A DNA stretch of 64,000 nt from a virus, in the IMG/VR virus record IMGVR_UViG_3300035670_000110, positions 1-64,000 of that record; one strand, given 5' to 3'. Below the pieces are notes generated by a model. It did not search any database and was not told where the DNA came from. It saw only the letters and a program-made list of their open reading frames with translations. The position numbers were made by a program, and so were the translations under genes. This document shows positions 49,501 to 58,232 of the stretch, in pieces (position 1 is the first letter of the stretch; each line of letters starts with the position of its first letter).

Positions 49501-52500
49501 ATTTGCATCATAGCGGCTGCGCCCATTACAGCCCCGGAAAGAATTCCTAGTTTCATTGCTAAATCATTTGAAGCCCCACCAGCCATACTCATACTTCCGA
49601 CAAGCATTGATGATGCAAAGGCAATGTTCATCAACCCCATGCCTTTCATCATTTGCGGTTGATTTTCAGCGGCCTGGCGGGAGGATGCCAGAGACTCCTG
49701 CGGCCCTCCAGTTTGAGTTGGGCTATTCATTAAAGCGGTCCATCTTTGTTGAAATGCTTGTGATGTAAGGTCTGGAGTTTTTATTTTAATGGGAGAAACA
49801 GACCCATCTCTATTAATCATCGCCCCATTGTCTGCATACATGGGCTTCGGGATCATGACTTCATTGGGCATTACTCTTAGCATTGGGCCGCGAGGAGTCA
49901 TTACAAACGGTCTTGGGCCTGGTCCAGATGGACGCTGCATGGATGGAGGAACTGCACCTGGACCAACAATTCCTGGTCTTCTCCCCGAACTTCTAGCAGG
50001 TGGTATTGGAGTTGTGCCCATTACCTGTGATTCTGTTAACGCTATAGATCTTCTGGCGGCGGCGGGGATATCTCCACCAGCCGCCTTAATCGCTTGAGCA
50101 ACATTAGTAGCAATCGGAAGTTCTCTAGGCAAAAGCCTCCCTCCGCCAGTCAGCCTTTCATCTATTATTGCTTTAAACAAAGGTGCCCAAATTCTTTTTG
50201 TGGGTCCGTCTTTACCCCAGATATTTTTGTTATCTGGCTGATCTAGCATAGATCCTATAATTTTTTCCATCAATCTCAACTGTGACGGTGTTTTTGGATG
50301 TCTAACTTCTATATCACCTGTTAGTGGATCTATTTTAAGAAGAGAGGGTCTTGAATCTCCCCTTCTTTGTATTTCTGAAATTATATGTCTCCCGGCATTG
50401 CCTCGGGTCAGATTTTCCAATGCCTGATTTTCTGCGCCAGATGAAAGTAAAAGGTTTGCTGGATCAAAATACTTTACGCCACCACGAATATCTTTTTCAT
50501 AATGGGCCAAGTGTACTTTTGTTGCATCTCTTAATTGTGTATCGTTTTCAAAAGAGATTCCTGCTCTTCGTGCAATTTCTTGCACCACCTCTGCCATTCT
50601 AATCTTCTGTGCTTCATGAACTAAGGCGTCTCTCATTTTATCGGGGGTCGATGTTTTATGCCCTCCACGACCAGCGGCAGGTTCGACAATATCTCCAAAG
50701 GCATATCCACGAACCTCACCACGATTCATTGCTCTTAAAAATTCAACGTTTCCTCTGGCGGCTTCTTTTCTTACAACAAATTCGCCTGGCTCAAGGAGGG
50801 CTGGAACTTTGTCCCCTCCGCCGTAACCGCCTGGAACTTTTTCTGGACTGGTAGACCCCATCTGTCTTCTTATAACAGTCGGTGCCCGTCCAGCGGGAGC
50901 AAGTGATCCGGGCGCAAAGAGACCGGGGTTGGTTTTCATTAAATATCCTAAAGATCCTGAATAAGCAGACATCACACTTACTAATCTTTTAAGGGCAGCC
51001 TCTTGTGTCAGAAATGATGTTGTTAAATTATCAACGCCCAGCCTGGCTGCCATAACGTCGGCGGTAAGTAATTCAAATTTTTCAAATCTCAATCCTGCTA
51101 TTTTTGCACCCATTCTAACTATCATCATGCTGAATTTAATTCCATTAGCAATAAGGTTTCCGAATAAACCGACAAGCATGACTACAGGTCCTGCTAAAGC
51201 AGTTAATAAGATCGCATACTTACTAAAGTTTTTTACCGGCTCTGGAAGTGCCTGAAAGAATTCCATAAAACTCTTAATTCCCCCACCAATACTAGAAAGA
51301 ACTGGAATAAGAGTCTCTGTTAGCAGATTTCCAAGTGGAATTAAAGAGTTTTTCAAATTTTCAATAGTTCTTTGAAATCTCATTGAAGATGATTCTTGTA
51401 AAGCCTTTAATTCTTTATTTGCAATTCCGGCCAATTCTGTACTGCTTGCAGAGGCAAGTTCCATAACAGAAAGAGTTTGAGAACCTTGTCGGCGGAGGTT
51501 GGCAAAAAGAGCCGCCATACGAGCAAATTGATATTTTCCAAAGACTTTTTCAAGAACTTGTGCTCTAGAAAAATCATCAAGTCCTTGCAGGGCATCTTGC
51601 AGCCCAAAAATCATAGGCAGCAATTCCCCTCTACCGTTTTCAATAATATTTTCTAGGGAAACTCCAAATCCTGCTGCTACTTCTTTTGCCTGTTTCGTAG
51701 GATTGATTAATCTACCAAGTCCAGATTTTAGAGCGTTTGCAGCCTCACCCGCAGAAACGCCTCCTTCGCGCATGGCAACAAGCAGGAGTGCCATATCTTT
51801 AATGTCTCCTCCAAGAGCCTGAATGACAGGGCCAACTCTTGGAATGGCTCCTGCTAAATCCTGAAGGTTGGTCGATGTTTGATTTTCTACGGCATTCAAG
51901 AAGTCAATAGACTCTGCCAATTCATTGGTATTTAGTTTAAATGCATTTTGAATTGACAGGGTGGCACGCATTGCCTCTTGTCTTTCAACTTCACCTAAGA
52001 CAGATAATCTTGTCGTTTGTCTTACAGATGAAAGAAGTTCTTCTCCCTCTTTACCCGTTTGAGCAATATCTGCGGCCAGGGCTGCTGTTTCTTTTGCAGC
52101 AATTCCATAAGAAGAACTAATTTCATATGCGAGTTGTTGAACACTGTCGCGCATTTTTTTAGTAGAATCTTCTACTGTATTAACAAGATCTGCTCCGTAA
52201 ACTTTTTCAAACCTAGTTAATTCTTTATCAATTTCGCGGAATTGTTTTGACACAAGTGCGGTAAACATGACCAACGGAAGGGTGAAGCCTACCATCAACT
52301 GGCGACCAGTCCACTGAGTGTTTTTACCAAAGTTTAGAAGTCTTTCACTTCCCCCGCGAACTAATTCGTTAAAAATAGAGAATTTTTGAGACGCCATAGC
52401 AGCAGAAGTGCCCATTGCTGACAAGGCTGTTGGAGTAAGAAGAGCACCAGTGGCAGCGCCGCCAGCAGTGCCCCCCATAGGAACCAGCATAGATTGTTGC

Positions 52501-52847
52501 ATTCTTACCTGCTGTGCGGCAAGTTGCTTCATCATGCTATTTTGTTTTGTATATCCGGCAATCGCTTCGCGGAAGTACTGCCTCATTGTAAGTTTTTGAC
52601 GTTGTAGTGCTTTGCCAAAATCATCTACTGCTGTAGTACTTTTTACCATTTGGGTGGTGAATCCACCAATTTGTCCAACATTTGTCATAAATGTGGACGC
52701 CAAAGATGCTTGCGCCTTTAATGCGCTTTTATCTAAAGTATTAAATGCAGCCGTAAGACCTGCAATATTGCCAGTAAGTGCCTTTATTTGAGCCTGTGCT
52801 GGGGAAAGGTTGGCATTATATGTGATGGTAGAATAAATATTAGCCAA
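43569..52847 (-). CDS. Tape measure protein with C-terminal metallopeptidase-like, transglycosylase and NlpC/P60 domains
   Basis: TP901-type core (FLNAVENQTS, IPRVGPVI), coiled coils, HEGGH, AMRESGG...GLFQIN, GCSGLT...HIAIY; follows the tail chaperones. Confidence 0.93.
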   Translation of the reverse strand: MANIYSTITYNANLSPAQAQIKALTGNIAGLTAAFNTLDKSALKAQASLASTFMTNVGQIGGFTTQMVKSTTAVDDFGKALQRQKLTMRQYFREAIAGYTKQNSMMKQLAAQQVRMQQSMLVPMGGTAGGAATGALLTPTALSAMGTSAAMASQKFSIFNELVRGGSERLLNFGKNTQWTGRQLMVGFTLPLVMFTALVSKQFREIDKELTRFEKVYGADLVNTVEDSTKKMRDSVQQLAYEISSSYGIAAKETAALAADIAQTGKEGEELLSSVRQTTRLSVLGEVERQEAMRATLSIQNAFKLNTNELAESIDFLNAVENQTSTNLQDLAGAIPRVGPVIQALGGDIKDMALLLVAMREGGVSAGEAANALKSGLGRLINPTKQAKEVAAGFGVSLENIIENGRGELLPMIFGLQDALQGLDDFSRAQVLEKVFGKYQFARMAALFANLRRQGSQTLSVMELASASSTELAGIANKELKALQESSSMRFQRTIENLKNSLIPLGNLLTETLIPVLSSIGGGIKSFMEFFQALPEPVKNFSKYAILLTALAGPVVMLVGLFGNLIANGIKFSMMIVRMGAKIAGLRFEKFELLTADVMAARLGVDNLTTSFLTQEAALKRLVSVMSAYSGSLGYLMKTNPGLFAPGSLAPAGRAPTVIRRQMGSTSPEKVPGGYGGGDKVPALLEPGEFVVRKEAARGNVEFLRAMNRGEVRGYAFGDIVEPAAGRGGHKTSTPDKMRDALVHEAQKIRMAEVVQEIARRAGISFENDTQLRDATKVHLAHYEKDIRGGVKYFDPANLLLSSGAENQALENLTRGNAGRHIISEIQRRGDSRPSLLKIDPLTGDIEVRHPKTPSQLRLMEKIIGSMLDQPDNKNIWGKDGPTKRIWAPLFKAIIDERLTGGGRLLPRELPIATNVAQAIKAAGGDIPAAARRSIALTESQVMGTTPIPPARSSGRRPGIVGPGAVPPSMQRPSGPGPRPFVMTPRGPMLRVMPNEVMIPKPMYADNGAMINRDGSVSPIKIKTPDLTSQAFQQRWTALMNSPTQTGGPQESLASSRQAAENQPQMMKGMGLMNIAFASSMLVGSMSMAGGASNDLAMKLGILSGAVMGAAAMMQMFSGKNVMGNFLGLGSLGTKMQASKAAIGPTSNLATGAASKGNLLFRAGGAVSMLGGPIGIGIAAALATTVGGYMMYQKAAEEARKRAVASFEDPAKTAEFFGIQITDVTEKLKQASSQVGEIGEIDENLKKAVQQDYGNLIEKIKYGGAEAGSRELALAFNKMITSGLSEEQAVDAVKAIAAEAGYTGGQAYAIGLKNGLFEQKTAEELASAMANLFDPEKQKLTIDVTQQGLDKLENTLNGAERFSGVIAQNLENSVGDLSTGLTSFITNLSIPLQILRAATDFEAFENIFDKDKMQETIDNAANVTRQIHQMQTNIEEMADISAESIVKITEIMFENFKEAPKETMEAMDQIIKIAKESTAMAFDPQPIKDFINEIDPVRGAILAAMIGMDEELALQVSKALSAGMSIQDIIDALMVGGPLKLEAEIVITTNRAELQDQINDIAAGLTESAGSLIDKQIGFTEELIQNSQEGLEKLDRQYERYERKQRRLRNQSVRDSEKTIESLEKQKEAISDAAEEERERFEEKIEGLNEEKDRINESTENYINSIQKRQKVDNFYSNQRKTALSALEKLASGDVFGFLQDRQQMSQDAQQFAYDEQIKGIEEARDREIDSIDKTIETEQEKQEQFEKDTQTRIDLINDQIEAEQEAADKAEELYERRLRNFKRRQREERKSFRDTINEQTTKLADLRVIQSQNDAGQITSAKEVTKRLGEEFGKRYMEEMSIILKLRYQRFLDDAIRKQLESGLTVDIEAAQREAASLISGDYFALMGGRDVTGRPRTGEDPLQTILNWIQTVSTPQTEDYRSPGQTQPPGYSPPPPRQNNNNTPSGGGSGFLPNWQTTYSGNEITGPDGKRYIWNPATQRYDVKFNSGGYVSGPGGPKSDSIPARLSNGEYVVKASSVKKYGVGMMNSINQARFAEGGYVSADRLEQQSQQRQISNNTANQIGGYAGQVMRQPYYGYSKSTTPPPAPTTKPVTAGTGLINYGVPQNLDYNIVRPDPVAESILGEMWNGLRQGFSATLSLLGLGGVRTLASTRPTPYGIRSNTSAQFSLPSWVMGVTQEEYERDYADRAALDAALFAASFAPIPIPKGISGLLSRFKTAGVMRNYSSGVKSEKPFLYRNDPKYQEGVDQSEVLINYLNSLPEKELPPGINPYYVGLNISPEIQSAYRKYLSHFIYNDNKAQNLKRDIYWGSHSNLVSMKNFVPEEGYIFGKDPSMDSMLSQLYGPAAPGTVVNKSSWDNVVDQIFNGHQLQGGVDNPYTGTQINSTPGDIFELMGVTAHEGGHALDFNNLFSRGAQQWPASSSERTYGSLEAAAEANRIRTMSILFSKIGVSPGSHNVVPYFKGYVPGNSYGNTPSFKATFLYNSAKHAFNKNSPFYWGDQLSIGEKTAGLLRIGKDLGSSTIQYPYRNNIVPMINSNRARNGLSPLTEDQVETGALYYTTAVGTGTVLGGTGAALALSRLITSLSEDNAEMRLLEINEKATGFAEGGLVGQADPRFVYGRQLRETPVEDPNNGAGSGEPGSPPSTPYGDGGATGTPIFNESVLAGLGHTLTTAQNVLTYLDAGGWPRDLHRLAWTIAMRESGGQPGKYSDHINNPSMYSEGNGDYGLFQINKRSYGSQPWFNISQLLDGNYNSRMAYEHVSNRGQTFLPWAMLKNYNGTSAGFDWSEYNGRPWWGVSTETNTNNLWPAFLGYRGATTPSQDSGSNPDGVLALEFAKQQLGEPYSLVNVNGPDSWGCSGLTAMSYNLGVPDGYKKYGLLSYSESQINSSRIVARRISGRPGDGSQPPIPSSSLKIGDLLYYSNTGLAPSGRHIAIYAGNDQVIEAGSPVKYTSLSSPWHRMFFDRAGTPIAKYASGGFVAGRGGPRSDMIPAMLSNGEYVVKAGAVNKYGRGMLDQINAGNFGMSSMQDPKFSVPVMPSNVSGVSNNYGGSKSNVKIIINGASGKSATAIANKVASMINSSNNRRNHSRSL

Positions 52848-53226
52848 GTTCTGCGCCCTCCACTATTTTATATTCTACCCCCATGTCTGGGGTCAAGCCC
52901 TGACCGACCGCTCCAGCCAAATTCTTGTCTCCAGTTATACGGGCCATAGCCCTTGCCTGAATTTCTTCAACAGTAGGAATATGCTCCTCTTGCAAAGAAT
53001 CTTCCCCTTGATCAAGTGAGATACCCTGTAGAGCAGCCATAAACTTTTGTCGCCTCCGTTCAGATTCATATACTGCTTTTAGTGTTGCAGCAAGTTCTGG
53101 CATTGACAGCGACGACTCTAGTTCTTCATAGTCTTTCCAGTGCCCTAGTAGAAAGACTTCACCTAACATAGATGCTAGATCTAGATCCTCCCAGCGAGTT
53201 CCTGAGCCGTCGCTACTAGGTTTGGG
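52840..53226 (-). CDS. Tail assembly chaperone, frameshifted C-terminal portion (gpT-like)
   Basis: The -1 frame is open from the slippery site through WEDLDLAS-MLGEVFLLGHWKDYEELE. Confidence 0.75.
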   Translation of the reverse strand, partial: PKPSSDGSGTRWEDLDLASMLGEVFLLGHWKDYEELESSLSMPELAATLKAVYESERRRQKFMAALQGISLDQGEDSLQEEHIPTVEEIQARAMARITGDKNLAGAVGQGLTPDMGVEYKIVEGAELG

Positions 53227-53513
53227 TCGTTCAACCTAATATCTGCTGCTACCTCTAAAATCTTGTACATTGTTTGAAGATCTACGGCCTCTTCAATGTC
53301 TTCTTTTTCTGATAAATCTGGAGCAAATTGCCTGAAAGCAATTGTTGTGCAATTAATTAGTACGTCAAGGAACTCATCCTCGCTCTTTACTTCAGCGGCT
53401 TTTTGCCACTCCTTCATAACCTCTCTTAGGTTTTTGAGGTTTAATGGTTTTACTATAATTACTCTTCCATCTAACAATTCAAGTTCTACTGTCTCATAAA
53501 CTGTTGTCGCCAT
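53181..53513 (-). CDS. Tail assembly chaperone (gpG-like)
   Basis: Between the major tail and tape measure genes; AAAGGA RBS. Confidence 0.8.
   Translation of the reverse strand: MATTVYETVELELLDGRVIIVKPLNLKNLREVMKEWQKAAEVKSEDEFLDVLINCTTIAFRQFAPDLSEKEDIEEAVDLQTMYKILEVAADIRLNDPNLVATAQELAGRI
53220..53226 (-). other. Programmed -1 ribosomal frameshift site C CCA AAC
   Basis: X XXY YYZ heptamer in the correct phase near the end of the gpG-like ORF. Confidence 0.75.
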
Positions 53514-53560
53514 TTAATTAATCCTTTCTTCTTAGTAATATTATATATCATATTAAATAA

Positions 53561-53590
53561 TAAAAGCATGGCATTCCTGCCATGCTTTTA
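53561..53590 (-). terminator. Rho-independent terminator after the major tail gene (possibly bidirectional)
   Basis: taaaagcatggca-ttcc-tgccatgctttta perfect hairpin with T-tracts on both strands. Confidence 0.8.
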
Positions 53591-53607
53591 TTACAGTGCT
53601 TTTAGAA

Positions 53608-54384
53608 TCAGAAGATTCTGTCGATGATCTTACCATAAGCGGCATTACCATCGGGGGCAACTAAGCCAGCGCCAGTAGCAGGCATAACTCGGAAGTTAAC
53701 GGGGAAGACGGTAGCATCGTCACGACGAACGCCAACGCCAACTGCCTCTACAGAAACTGCACGATAGAGCATATAAATTCTCTCTGCCTTCTTACCTGCG
53801 CCACCAGATTCGGCAACTGAGGTTGGAGCAGAACCTACGAAGCAAACGGAGCGCTCTACGGGAGCGATACCCAAAGAACCACCATTTAGATGAAGTAGAT
53901 TTTGCACCTGTCCTACTGCTGAACCAGAAGCATAAACTGCTGATGCTCCTGCGGTTCCCAGAACGTTAGTAGCGCCGTCTGCTGATGCAGTAAGGTTGTA
54001 GGACTGTCCAAGATCTGTACTCTGGAAGTCTCCAGTAGCACCTGTGGCTCCACCGATAGCAACATACATATTTTCTAATGTTGCCTCTGTGAGGCTGGTT
54101 GCCACTGTAACTCTTTGAGAAGTCTTGAATAGTCTTGCGGTATCAAGGAGTTGGTCAACCATGACATCATTGAAGGTAGGCTCAATGTTTAGAGTTACAC
54201 CCTCCATGGTGTAGCCTAGGTGATACCAGTCACCGTCGGGTACAGAAACTACGTTAGTAGGAATCTGAGCGGAAACTGTTGAAGAACTTACATTAATCTT
54301 GGTATTTTCTTGTCCTGCTTTGCCAGCATATACAACTGCTGCGCCAACGATAATATTTTTTGCATTAAAGTCTCTTGCGGCCAT
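53608..54384 (-). CDS. Major tail (tube) protein
   Basis: NIIVGAA, LGYTMEG, VDQLLD, TSLTEATLEN, FPVNFR; GGAGG RBS. Confidence 0.88.
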   Translation of the reverse strand: MAARDFNAKNIIVGAAVVYAGKAGQENTKINVSSSTVSAQIPTNVVSVPDGDWYHLGYTMEGVTLNIEPTFNDVMVDQLLDTARLFKTSQRVTVATSLTEATLENMYVAIGGATGATGDFQSTDLGQSYNLTASADGATNVLGTAGASAVYASGSAVGQVQNLLHLNGGSLGIAPVERSVCFVGSAPTSVAESGGAGKKAERIYMLYRAVSVEAVGVGVRRDDATVFPVNFRVMPATGAGLVAPDGNAAYGKIIDRIF

Positions 54385-54454
54385 TTATTATTTTCACCTC
54401 CTTGGAGCATTAAAATAAAAACGCTTCCTCACAATTATGTTACCATGTAAGAAA

Positions 54455-54949
54455 TTATTTTGTGTACTCATAAGTTAGTTTTAAACAAGTAATAAACTTG
54501 GGTTTAAAACTATCTATTCTTTTTTCATCTGCTATATAAGAGTCTTGATCTACTGTAATATATTTAAACTTTATTGTTGGGCTTGATGAAAGAAGATGGT
54601 TGTTAACTTCATTAGCACTTTCATCAAATTTTTCTAGAGCGTCAACAATGTAATTTTTTAGATAAAATATTTGAGGTAAATCTCCGACAATAATATAATC
54701 TGCCTCTTCTTTTTGAAGTGGCCAAAATGTTCCTGCTTTTGGCAAAAACATATAATCATATAGGATAAACGGCATTGTTGCTGAGTCTGGGGCTAGATTT
54801 TCACTGACCGGGAAAAATGGTTTAAATGTATAGTTAGATGCGTTCCAAACAACACTTGCTGCTGCAGGCTGACCTGAAACAGATCCACTCACTAAATCCC
54901 ATAAATAATTGTTTATGTGAACAATGGCAAGTTCTGTTGGATTAGACAT
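54455..54949 (-). CDS. Tail terminator / neck protein
   Basis: Position directly upstream of the major tail gene. Confidence 0.6.
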   Translation of the reverse strand: MSNPTELAIVHINNYLWDLVSGSVSGQPAAASVVWNASNYTFKPFFPVSENLAPDSATMPFILYDYMFLPKAGTFWPLQKEEADYIIVGDLPQIFYLKNYIVDALEKFDESANEVNNHLLSSSPTIKFKYITVDQDSYIADEKRIDSFKPKFITCLKLTYEYTK

Positions 54950-55643
54950 AATATGTGCTTATACCTCCAGCAATTTGTGATGCATCTCTTCTAGCAGTTG
55001 TTAATGAATCTCTCACCACTCCAGAGTTAATTCTTGGAATAATTAATCTTCTTCTTTCTAGTATACCTAATTCTATTCTTTTAAAGTATCCAAATTTAGT
55101 TAAAACTGCATTTGCTTGCTTTATCATAAAATTATTGAATGTTTTTTCAAAACTGCCAGCGACCTCTGGTCCTCCAGGATTTCTAACAAAAGATTCTGTA
55201 GTAGAAACAAATCTACCATCCTTTAACCTAAAGGTTAAATACTTTCGTTCTTTCGGAGTAATGGTGATTGGGTCATTTTTTTCCATTACATCTGCTTTAT
55301 TGGGAAAAGCATACCCTTGTCTATTTGGGTTTTTTGCCCGTGTAAATTTAAAATTAATAAAAGAATTCTTTGAATCGCTTGTTACTGTTCCTTTAAACAA
55401 TCTTGCATTCTTATCTCCAGTTTTATCAAACTCATAAACGTGGTGGTACGCAGAGGGGTTTTGTGCTGCCTGAGAATCCACATAGCCCTCAAAATAATTT
55501 TTTATTACGAAGGCTGCACCTCTATTTATTTTTTCTCTGTTAACAGGGTTTTGATACAGATTGGTTATAATCGAACTATCGTAAGTAGATATTGCCAAAA
55601 CTTTTTCAGAAAATTTATCAGTGTTGAATGCTTTTGTGGCCAT
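54942..55643 (-). CDS. Neck / tail completion protein
   Basis: HHVYE...ARLF, F.NKA.VME, V.NPGG. Confidence 0.65.
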   Translation of the reverse strand: MATKAFNTDKFSEKVLAISTYDSSIITNLYQNPVNREKINRGAAFVIKNYFEGYVDSQAAQNPSAYHHVYEFDKTGDKNARLFKGTVTSDSKNSFINFKFTRAKNPNRQGYAFPNKADVMEKNDPITITPKERKYLTFRLKDGRFVSTTESFVRNPGGPEVAGSFEKTFNNFMIKQANAVLTKFGYFKRIELGILERRRLIIPRINSGVVRDSLTTARRDASQIAGGISTYYV

Positions 55644-56080
55644 TAGGACATCCTCTGCATTTCTTGTCTCATGAGAATAGTTTCGTATTCTATAACTGAT
55701 CCGTCAAAGTTTATTAATGGAGTGCTTCCTCTTGGCTCAAAAATGGTAGATCCTTGAAATCCGCCGTCTGTTGATGGGTCTTGATTTTCTAGGTATATTA
55801 CTCCATTAGAATTTCTTATCTTTACGACCCTTCTGTCTGAAGGAATAACTTCTGAAGCCCTTAATTTTACTAAAGAATTTAACATATTTAAATAATTATT
55901 TATCTCTACTGTAGTAGAGTTTTCTCCGACACCTTTTCTGATGACACCCCTGGCAAGACAGTTAATTGTTTTTTCAAACGACCAGGATCTTACTACCGCG
56001 CCAGTAGAATCCTGAGAAATTGTTGGCTTATATATATCTGCTTGCATTGTGTATGTTGTTGATGTTATACATCCAGTCAT
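55643..56080 (-). CDS. Head-closure (stopper) protein
   Basis: ADIY...QD.TGAV.R.W...TI.C; head-tail position. Confidence 0.65.
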   Translation of the reverse strand: MTGCITSTTYTMQADIYKPTISQDSTGAVVRSWSFEKTINCLARGVIRKGVGENSTTVEINNYLNMLNSLVKLRASEVIPSDRRVVKIRNSNGVIYLENQDPSTDGGFQGSTIFEPRGSTPLINFDGSVIEYETILMRQEMQRMS

Positions 56081-56986
56081 TTAAATCACCAAGTATCTTG
56101 GCTGCTTATAAATTGACAATAAATTATCTACGATTAAATTTCCTGTTCCTGTTGCAAAATCTTTTCCATACTTAATATCGTAGGAGTCATTTGATAATTC
56201 AGCAATATTTTTATTTCTTATATTGGAATCACTGCATAGATAATCTTCTATTAATAATGCTGTTGATTCTTCTATTTCTGCAGGAACATAGTCCCATCCC
56301 CACACTCCATCAATTTTATACGAATAATCTTTTTTAAATATTCCATCATAATAAAAAACTGAAAACTTTGGAAACTCTAATGTTTCTTTGTTTTCTAGCG
56401 AACTATTAACAATTTTTATCCTGCTGTCTGATGGACCTATTTCTATCGGGTAATCAAACTGGTAAGTTGAATTATCTCTTTCATAAACTAATAGATCATC
56501 TTCATAGATTGAGTCAATTCTGTATATTTTTTCTGGCAAAGATAAAATATCTGTATTGTTTCCATAAACAGTCACAGTTCTTTTTTCTTTATTAAAATTA
56601 AAACCAAGATGAGAGTTTATAATTAATCTTGCTCTTCTTTCTAATCTTCTTAGTTGTTCATCTGTTACTGAATCTTGTATTGTAGCCAACTCTCTGATTC
56701 TATCTGGAGTTGCATATGGCCTAACTAATGAAGCAAATTGAATTTCATTATAGGCCCCAGATCCACTAGTGGTTACATACTCTATTTTTAATTTTCTATC
56801 ATATTGTGTTGAGTCTGCGTTAAGAGTAACAGTATATACGGAGGATGCTCCCACAGAGGCTTTACCGCCCTGAATAAATTCTTCAGTATCTAAATCATAC
56901 ACCTCAAAATAAACATTCGTTGCGTATGCGCTAGCACTATATAAAATGTTAAGAGGGGCATTGTCTTGTCTTAAATATTCAATCAT
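56081..56986 (-). CDS. Head-to-tail adaptor
   Basis: RPYATP, G.WGWDYVP, TGNL.VD.LL..Y; follows the major capsid gene. Confidence 0.75.
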   Translation of the reverse strand: MIEYLRQDNAPLNILYSASAYATNVYFEVYDLDTEEFIQGGKASVGASSVYTVTLNADSTQYDRKLKIEYVTTSGSGAYNEIQFASLVRPYATPDRIRELATIQDSVTDEQLRRLERRARLIINSHLGFNFNKEKRTVTVYGNNTDILSLPEKIYRIDSIYEDDLLVYERDNSTYQFDYPIEIGPSDSRIKIVNSSLENKETLEFPKFSVFYYDGIFKKDYSYKIDGVWGWDYVPAEIEESTALLIEDYLCSDSNIRNKNIAELSNDSYDIKYGKDFATGTGNLIVDNLLSIYKQPRYLVI

Positions 56987-57042
56987 TGAACACCGCCATA
57001 TAAATTTATATAACTATTTTACTATATATTAAGATATGGAAA

Positions 57043-57064
57043 GAGGGCCGATTTCTCGGCCCTC
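57043..57064 (-). terminator. Terminator after the major capsid gene
   Basis: gagggccga-tttc-tcggccctc hairpin followed by TTT on the minus strand. Confidence 0.7.
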
Positions 57065-57085
57065 CAACCACATTATTTAGTTATA

Positions 57086-58204
57086 TCAGCCAGTTACGGC
57101 ATTGGCCTTGGCCATTGCAGAGAGTTCTTCGATGTTTAGACCCATTCGGACATAAACGGTGTACTCTACTGTGTCCTTCTTTGGCTTGAACTCACGATGG
57201 ACAGTAACGTCTCTCTGGAAGCCCCAGATTCTGTTCTGTGGGAATGTGAGGTCAACGTAGTGGTCTGGGTATAGTGGAACTTCCATTACGGGAATACCGA
57301 AAATGGAGGTTGTCATACCTGCAGGGCCACCAACGCGGGCGGGGGTGCCACGAAGAATACCGGCAGCGATATCCTCAGGAACACCTCCTGAGCCAATCTG
57401 ACGTAGATCAGTTAGAAGGGTTTGAACGTTCTTTGTGGAAGCATAGAACTTCAACTCTTGACGACGAGCCTTGAACTTACGGGGCAATGCGTTGTAAAGA
57501 GACTCAAAGAAGGCGATTGCTGAACCACTCTTCAGTTGTCCTGAAGTAGTTGCAGCGGTGAAGAATGTGGATGCTGTAGTAAGGGTTGCAGCAGTACCGA
57601 AGTGAGTACCACCAGCAGCGCCGTCAGCGAGTGCAACGAACCCATCGATTGTGTATGGGTAGGTTGTACCAGCGTAGGAAGCAGTTCCCTGAGCAGCCAG
57701 ACCATTGATGGCGATATCTTCAAGATCGTTACCGAATTGACCAGCCATTAGGCGGACAATGTGATCCTCAAGAGCGGAGCCTTCAATGTTATCCTCAAGT
57801 GCCTCAGTTGAGAGTTCGTAGTCCAAGCGGAACTTAGTTGTGACGATTTCAACCTTGGTAAATTGAGCACCACGGTTTGCATAGCCTGTTTCGCCTGCAC
57901 CAGCATCAAAGATGTTCTCACTTGCTTGTGATGCTTTGCGGATCAAACGAGTACCAACCTGAATCTTATCGAATTCAGCGGTGTTGGCTCGCATGATTTG
58001 TCTACGACCGTCGTTGCCTAATACCATCTGATCAAACACATAGTCTAGGAATTGACGGGATTGTTCTGGAAGTAGCACGCCACCATTTTGAGTCAATGGG
58101 TTGCTTGTCAAGTTCTCCATATCACCGCTAGATGATAGGTCGGAGATGATTGCACCTGTACCAACATTTACTGCGGCAGCGGCCTTATTAATTGCGTCAC
58201 TCAT
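57086..58204 (-). CDS. Major capsid protein (HK97 fold)
   Basis: GGVLLPEQSRQF, LDYELSTEALEDNIEG, NDLEDIAING, LTFPQNRIWGFQRDVTVHREFKP. Confidence 0.93.
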   Translation of the reverse strand: MSDAINKAAAAVNVGTGAIISDLSSSGDMENLTSNPLTQNGGVLLPEQSRQFLDYVFDQMVLGNDGRRQIMRANTAEFDKIQVGTRLIRKASQASENIFDAGAGETGYANRGAQFTKVEIVTTKFRLDYELSTEALEDNIEGSALEDHIVRLMAGQFGNDLEDIAINGLAAQGTASYAGTTYPYTIDGFVALADGAAGGTHFGTAATLTTASTFFTAATTSGQLKSGSAIAFFESLYNALPRKFKARRQELKFYASTKNVQTLLTDLRQIGSGGVPEDIAAGILRGTPARVGGPAGMTTSIFGIPVMEVPLYPDHYVDLTFPQNRIWGFQRDVTVHREFKPKKDTVEYTVYVRMGLNIEELSAMAKANAVTG

Positions 58205-58232
58205 GCTTTTCTTTACACCTCTCTTTCATATT

